DNA of 58,034 nucleotides, filler included, from Bipalium vagum (lineage: Eukaryota): assembly GCA_037834085.1 (NCBI GenBank). It is 3 parts of 3 records of this genome, joined end to end, with 100 filler letters (N's around TTAATTAATTAA, not from the genome) between each part and the next. Parts side by side here need not be neighbours in the genome. Positions count along the whole stretch, not along the records: positions 34,731 to 58,034 come from JBBMKC010210928.1; 2 more parts are not named here. One strand, 5' to 3'. The notes beneath the pieces are model-generated. The model was not told the origin of the DNA, made no database searches, and saw only the letters and a program-made list of their open reading frames with translations. Of this stretch, positions 52,538 through 58,034 are shown one piece after another. A program made the translations under genes and the position numbers. Every line of letters begins with the position of its first letter. Positions within the stretch are counted from its first letter, which is position 1.

Positions 52538-53529
52538 GTTATTACTTTTCATTTTCAATCATTCAATTGAAAGTTAATTAATTAGTTATAAAAAATTATG
52601 TTTTGGATAAGGCGACAATAAACTGTTGTGTTAATATATTAATTAATTTTAAATTAATGTATTTTATTATTTACAATGACTGGTTAACTTATTTCAGCTT
52701 CAATTTAATTTAATATCATGCCAACTGGCAACAAGCATAAAATGAATAAATAAATGCAAAACATCAAAAATCACTTATCATCACGAATCTTGGTAGCACT
52801 GCGAAAAATAAAAACAATGTATTTTGTTGTAATGACAATTTTGGAGTTAAAATGATTTGTCGGATATGTAAGATTGTGGGTGTAAAAGGAACTGTTTTAG
52901 AGAAAAAAACAATAAACATTTCCTATAGTCAACAGTTCTTCGAATTTCATTTTAACATTTGTTTTGGTTAATTAATAGTAAAAGTTTGTTGACATTATTT
53001 ATGCTTCAACCTTCTTTAATAACGACTTTCATCATAAAGTAATTAATACAAATATTCGCGACTTCGGCATTTTAGTTTACTTAGGTTTTAGGACACTGAT
53101 GAGAAGATCTTTTACAAAAATTTTTTGATTAATTCTTATAGATATTACATTTTTTATCAAACTCAACTGAATGCGAATTGTAATTATATTCTACACAGCT
53201 AATGGCTGACTAGGTCTTCATTTTCTTATGAATAAGATCTAAGTACCATCTATATCAAATCTTCATTAAATAAATTTCTCTAAATTACTCTTTCAACAAA
53301 TAATGTTCTGCTAAATTGTAATAATATGAACATTTTTGAATGCAACACTAATGTGAATTGTCTTTCACCATAGTAAGTAAAATGGAAAAGTTTTGTAAGA
53401 CTGTTTTACCAGTACATCATATAAAACAAAAGGCAAAAAAGAAGGAATTGAAAAATTAATCTAATTAATTTTCTAAATATTTTTAAAATCTTAATATTAA
53501 CCAAGGTAGTTATTATACGGTTCCACTAG

Positions 53530-54080
53530 TGGAATCAAACTTCTCAGTAACGGGAGAGAGATATCGACACATGATAGAAACATTCCTTAAGCCTTATCTT
53601 TGAATGATTTTAAAATGGAGAATATTTACTTTCAGCAAGATGGTGCCAAATTCCATACAAATAGGAAAACAATTGCATTCTTCCTCGAAACTTTTCCATC
53701 TGGCGTGATCTCACATTTCGGTGATGTTGATTGGCCTCCCAGATCTCCAGATTTGATGGCTCCAGACTATTTCTTATTGGGAATATCTATAAGATAAAGT
53801 TTATATTAATCAACCAAAAACTATTACACAACTCAGACAACATTTCAGAAAAAATCGCTATGATCTCAATTGACTTATGCCAAAAAGTTATGCAAAATTC
53901 GATAAAAATACTTGTAAGGCTGCCAGAGACAGTCATTTTAATGATATCATATTTAAAATATAATTTTTTGTAATATCTGAGTTTAAATAAAGGTAAAAAT
54001 AAAATTACTTGGGTTTTTAATTTTTATGTACGGAGAAATAGCGACTTAAAGGAGTAAAGCTTCTTTTGGAAGACCCTGTA
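53530..54080 (+). mobile_element. DD41D/DD37D-type ITm transposon 3' half
   Basis: IYFQQDGAKFHT...ISHFGDVDWPPRSPDLMAPDYFLLG followed by a frameshift. Right TIR CTTCTTTTGGAAGACCCTG-TA ends at 54080. Confidence 0.8.
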
Positions 54081-55397
54081 GTATTAGTAGTAACATTTAT
54101 TTTTTTGTAAACGGTAATTTATTTTTATTTTAATATTTAGCACTCTATATTTGTGTTAGGTACGTGTGTCAACAAAGAATTATTGCTTATTCTTAATGTC
54201 TTATTAGCATTAATTTTTGAAGAGACAATATTATTATGTTTACAATTTTAATTAAGGTTAATCTAGAAGAAATTGATTTCCCTTTTCTTGTCGATTATTC
54301 TTTATTTTCTTCAATAATTTTCAATGAACATTTTTAAAATAATATTTCATACAATAAATAATTTTTTTTTGTACATTTAAACAAAATATCTTCGACAAAA
54401 AAGTAAAGATAAAATATTGTTTCTTTTGTAATTTGCATGAAGAATTTTTATCTCAGTACAAAAAATGTATTTCGTAAATGTACTTAAAACCAACATTTTT
54501 GTAAAATAAATAATAACAACAAGAAAAAAACGCCAATAAAGAAAAAATAAATAAAAATATTTTAATTCGATAAGATATTTATGTAAATGTAATTTAATAT
54601 TGTAGCGATTTTATCTGTTACGTACAAGGCGATTATTCAATACTTAATCCATTTTGTTAATATTTTTACGAAAATAACTGATAAGCAAAGTCAAAATCAG
54701 AGACAGAATTCCTTCAATTTTGTTGATAAATTTGTTTCAGAAAATTTCAGACAGTAAAAAATTTCATATGAAATTATTCAAAAATTTGTAAAAAAAAATA
54801 ATGGTTAAATATAAATATTTTACGAAAATCTTTTATTTTGTTATCTGTACTTTCATGGATATTTTTAATTTATTTATGGTCTCTACACATAAGATTCTAA
54901 TTAAATTTAATTCCACTTTTAAAAATATATTTATATTTATTTATTTATATTTTTGAGTATTTAAACTGATTTCTAATTTTTAAATTTTATATTGTGAATA
55001 ATTTAAATGTTTTTAATTGTAAATTTAATTTTAATCTTAAATTAATATTAATTATTTTGTCGCTGCTAACAATATTAAATAAATAAATATATTAAATTCA
55101 TTTCTAGAAATTTATGGTAAGAATTTTATGAACATATAAGATATTATTTAAATAAACGAAAAGTAGAAAATTATCATAAAATATTATTCATAATAATTAT
55201 AAAAATAATAAATAATTCTATTGATTTATTTATTTCTAACAAAGGAAAATATTAAAAGCAAGAAAAAGATTTAAAATAAATAAATAAATTGTTCAATTTT
55301 TTTTAATAAAATGGTTAAATTGTTCTATTTTATTATTATTTATCAGATCTTTTAATTCATAACATTAATACAAATTTTTAGGAGAACGAAAATAGAA

Positions 55398-55435
<38 letters not shown>

Positions 55436-55667
55436 CTTAAATAATTAATATTTTTATGATGAATTTTAAATAATAAAAAAATAAACATTTTTTCCAAATT
55501 AAGCCCATAAACCAGAATTATCAAAAATATAAAAATATGTGTATATATTTAATTACGTAAATTAAATATAGAAAATGTAAAAAGTAAAAAATGAGGTCGC
55601 ATGCTAAGTTTCCAATGTAGAATATGTTTCGCTGAATTATTGAGAATAAGAATACAATTTCTCTGTG

Positions 55668-56113
55668 CTATTTGTCTTCTGGGATGTTTGTGAAAAAACA
55701 TGTCTCTACCCATGGGATACAGCGGCAAAAGAACCGCTGTTGTTCCTTTCTCTCAAATGGCCCCACTGGATTCACAAAAGACCAAACTATACAATGGTCT
55801 TGGATACAAGCATTAAGGCAATCAAACGCTGTTCGAACTGCACACATATAAATCCCGTAAGCTGAAAACGAAAACAAAATGACCATTGGGAATTTCTCAT
55901 ACGTGAAAGTGATATAAACTTACGTTCACTGTGAACTAGTGACATGTTTTTCGGACAAACTGTCTCAGTCATTCGAGGATCTGTAAAATCTGGGGAATGT
56001 CCTACATTGACTGAATGGTTAAATAATCTCTTCACAAATAACATACCTTTGACTATGACCAGTATATAAAAAATAATCTCTAAAGCAACAGTTATGGCAA
56101 AAAGTTTATTCAT
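55668..56113 (-). CDS. Small secreted cysteine-rich protein (112 aa, 8 Cys), function unknown
   Basis: Exons 56113-56047, 56001-55924 and 55861-55668. Introns are GTATGT..TGTAG (45 nt; an alternative in-frame acceptor gives 36 nt) and GTAAGT..TTTCAG (62 nt). Protein: MNKLFAITVALEIIFYILVIVKG-HSPDFTDPRMTETVCPKNMSLVHSEPYGIYMCAVRTAFDCLNACIQDHCIVWSFVNPVGPFERKEQQRFFCRCIPWVETCFFTNIPEDK*, with a signal-peptide-like N-terminus. Confidence 0.7.
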
Positions 56114-57309
56114 CTCATTAATGATTTGATGGAATTGTTTTCCTGGCAAACTTGGATATTTGGTAAATTTTTATTCACTGCGGTTTTTGGTTTAAGGGAC
56201 ATTGAATTTATCATTTATATAGAGGATTAATATATACATTGAATTAATTTTCATTATTAATATCCAATCATCACTATAGATAATGGATATCAAATCAAAA
56301 AATTAATCAAATGACCAATAAAAAATAAATGATTTTATTATTAATCAGCTGGTTTAATCATTAAAATTGATTAATATAATTTTTAATTAAATAAAAACAT
56401 TGTAATTTTTTGCACTAATGTTTTTGTGAGAAATAATATTTTAGCTTAAGTAAAATTAAAATAAATGAAATACAAAATATTCATTTTGTAAACAAAAGTT
56501 TATCTGAGAAATATAATTCTGAAATAATAATAATAACAATTATAATGATTATTATTTTTATTTTTATGATTGTTATTATTATTATTTTATATTATTATTA
56601 TTATTATTATTTTATTTTTATTATTTTTATTATTTTTATTATTATTATTGAAGTTAGATCGATAATAATAATATCAATAGATCAATAATAATAATAATAA
56701 TAATAAAAATTCTAATAAAAAGTTTAGTTAAAAGTTTAGGTATTTTAGTTTAGTTAGTTATTTTAATACAAAATAATTGTAATGAAATTAGTCTTTTATT
56801 ATTTATTTTAATTTTTTCATCTGAAATATCCCACATAAATTATTTTTGTAGAGTTTTTGTCATGAATATCATTAGTTCTACTTTATAATTCCAATGTACT
56901 TCTAAAACTTTTATCTGTTATAAATTATATGCACATTAATTAATCTAAATTTCAATTTCTTAAACCAAAATACGGATGTTTTGTATAAGTACCCTTACTT
57001 TTAATGTCACGACACAGATGCAAAGAAATCATTTTCTTCTTAATTTAACATAATTTTATGGAACAAGGTTTCCTAGGAAGTTAATCCTTTTTTAATATAA
57101 ATTATCTTTTTTATTGCAGTTAACTGCTTAATAAAGTTATTTATATCTCAAAAAATATTAATATAATTATGAAAATATCAACCGATAATTGATATCGGAA
57201 TACTTTTTTAAATAAATAAATTTGTTTATTAACTGATTTTCACAAGCATGATTATTTAATATTGATTTTGATAAAAGTCTAAAATTAACTTTTTTTAAAA
57301 TATTAAATC

Positions 57310-57311
<2 letters not shown>

Positions 57312-57372
<61 letters not shown>
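57312..57372. repeat. (TTA)n microsatellite
   Basis: Pure TTA run; explains the poly-Asn in ORF 57167-57436. Confidence 0.95.
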
Positions 57373-57373
<1 letters not shown>

Positions 57374-57849
57374 TATAGACAATAGTTGAATCATCAACCA
57401 GTTATAGACAAATCCAGATTTCAAGACAGCACCCAATTTTCAGACAAACCTTTGGATGATAAAATAAAAAATAAACAGGTTTTTAATTTCTTTTTATAAA
57501 TAGAATAAATGGTCTACAAATAATGCAACAGTCTTGAGTAATATTTATTTAATCTTTAAATATTCAAATCTCCCTATTTTATGAACAATTTTAAAGGAAT
57601 AAAAATATGGTCATAACCTTCTCTTTTTCTATTTTTGGTATCCTTTGAACAATGTCAGCGAAAATTTGAAAGGTTAGATATATTTAAAGGGATCATAAGA
57701 TTTACTTTTGATCAATTATAATTTTGCAAAATAAAAATTATTTTCATTTTCATTTTCGAATTTAAAAAATCTTAACGAATCTTTTGGTTACGTTTCATTT
57801 CATAGAAAATTTGCTATTTTTGTTAATAAGTAATTTATTGATAATTTAA

Positions 57850-57960
57850 AATAGCTTTAAACAATAACGAGGAAGATCTCAAAAAATTCTTCGAGACCCG
57901 GACTGGCGATTTCTGGAGAAATGGTATCAACAAATTGGTCGAGAGGTGGGAGGTTAAATG
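57850..57960 (+). mobile_element. Mariner C-terminal fragment
   Basis: NNEEDLKKFFETRTGDFWRNGINKLVERWE is a typical mariner C-terminus. Confidence 0.7.
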
Positions 57961-58034
57961 TTTTTATGATGTCAATAAATAATAATTAGTTAATAATAAC
58001 TATTTACCTTTAATTTAAATATATGGCTAATGAA

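Noticed and set aside
53320-54170. Possible micro-exons (CATA|GTAAGT near 53372; TTAG|...TTAG|GTACGT near 54141-54159)
   Set aside because: I could not chain them into a coherent reading frame, and such signals are common by chance.

Overview
This is very AT-rich eukaryotic (invertebrate animal) genomic DNA, not prokaryotic. It has spliceosomal GT-AG introns, many 45-66 nt long, and no CRISPR array, operon or rRNA. I reconstructed four spliced host genes by hand. (1) The 5' part of a divergent HELZ-like zinc-finger/SF1 helicase gene on the minus strand: 7 exons from 14902 to about 3311, running off the left edge. (2) A two-exon synaptotagmin-like gene (36067-42163, +) whose C2 domains lack the Ca2+-binding aspartates. 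(3) A complete 9-exon Rab6 (48952 to 46113, -). (4) A small 3-exon secreted 8-Cys protein (56113 to 55668, -). The rest is decayed transposons (mariner, Tc1, DD41D/DD37D-type, ITmD37E-like, pogo-like, hAT, Merlin, MITEs), putative solo LTRs that often abut (AAT)n tracts, tandem duplications, microsatellites and three 100-nt assembly gaps. Most entries in the ORF track are transposon debris or chance ORFs. Homology calls rest on remembered motifs; no search was run. I found no clearly novel multi-gene system. The best leads are the cryptic HELZ-like gene, the secreted Cys-rich protein, an LTR-like family associated with (AAT)n and carrying a conserved hairpin block, and an intron-containing Merlin transposase.
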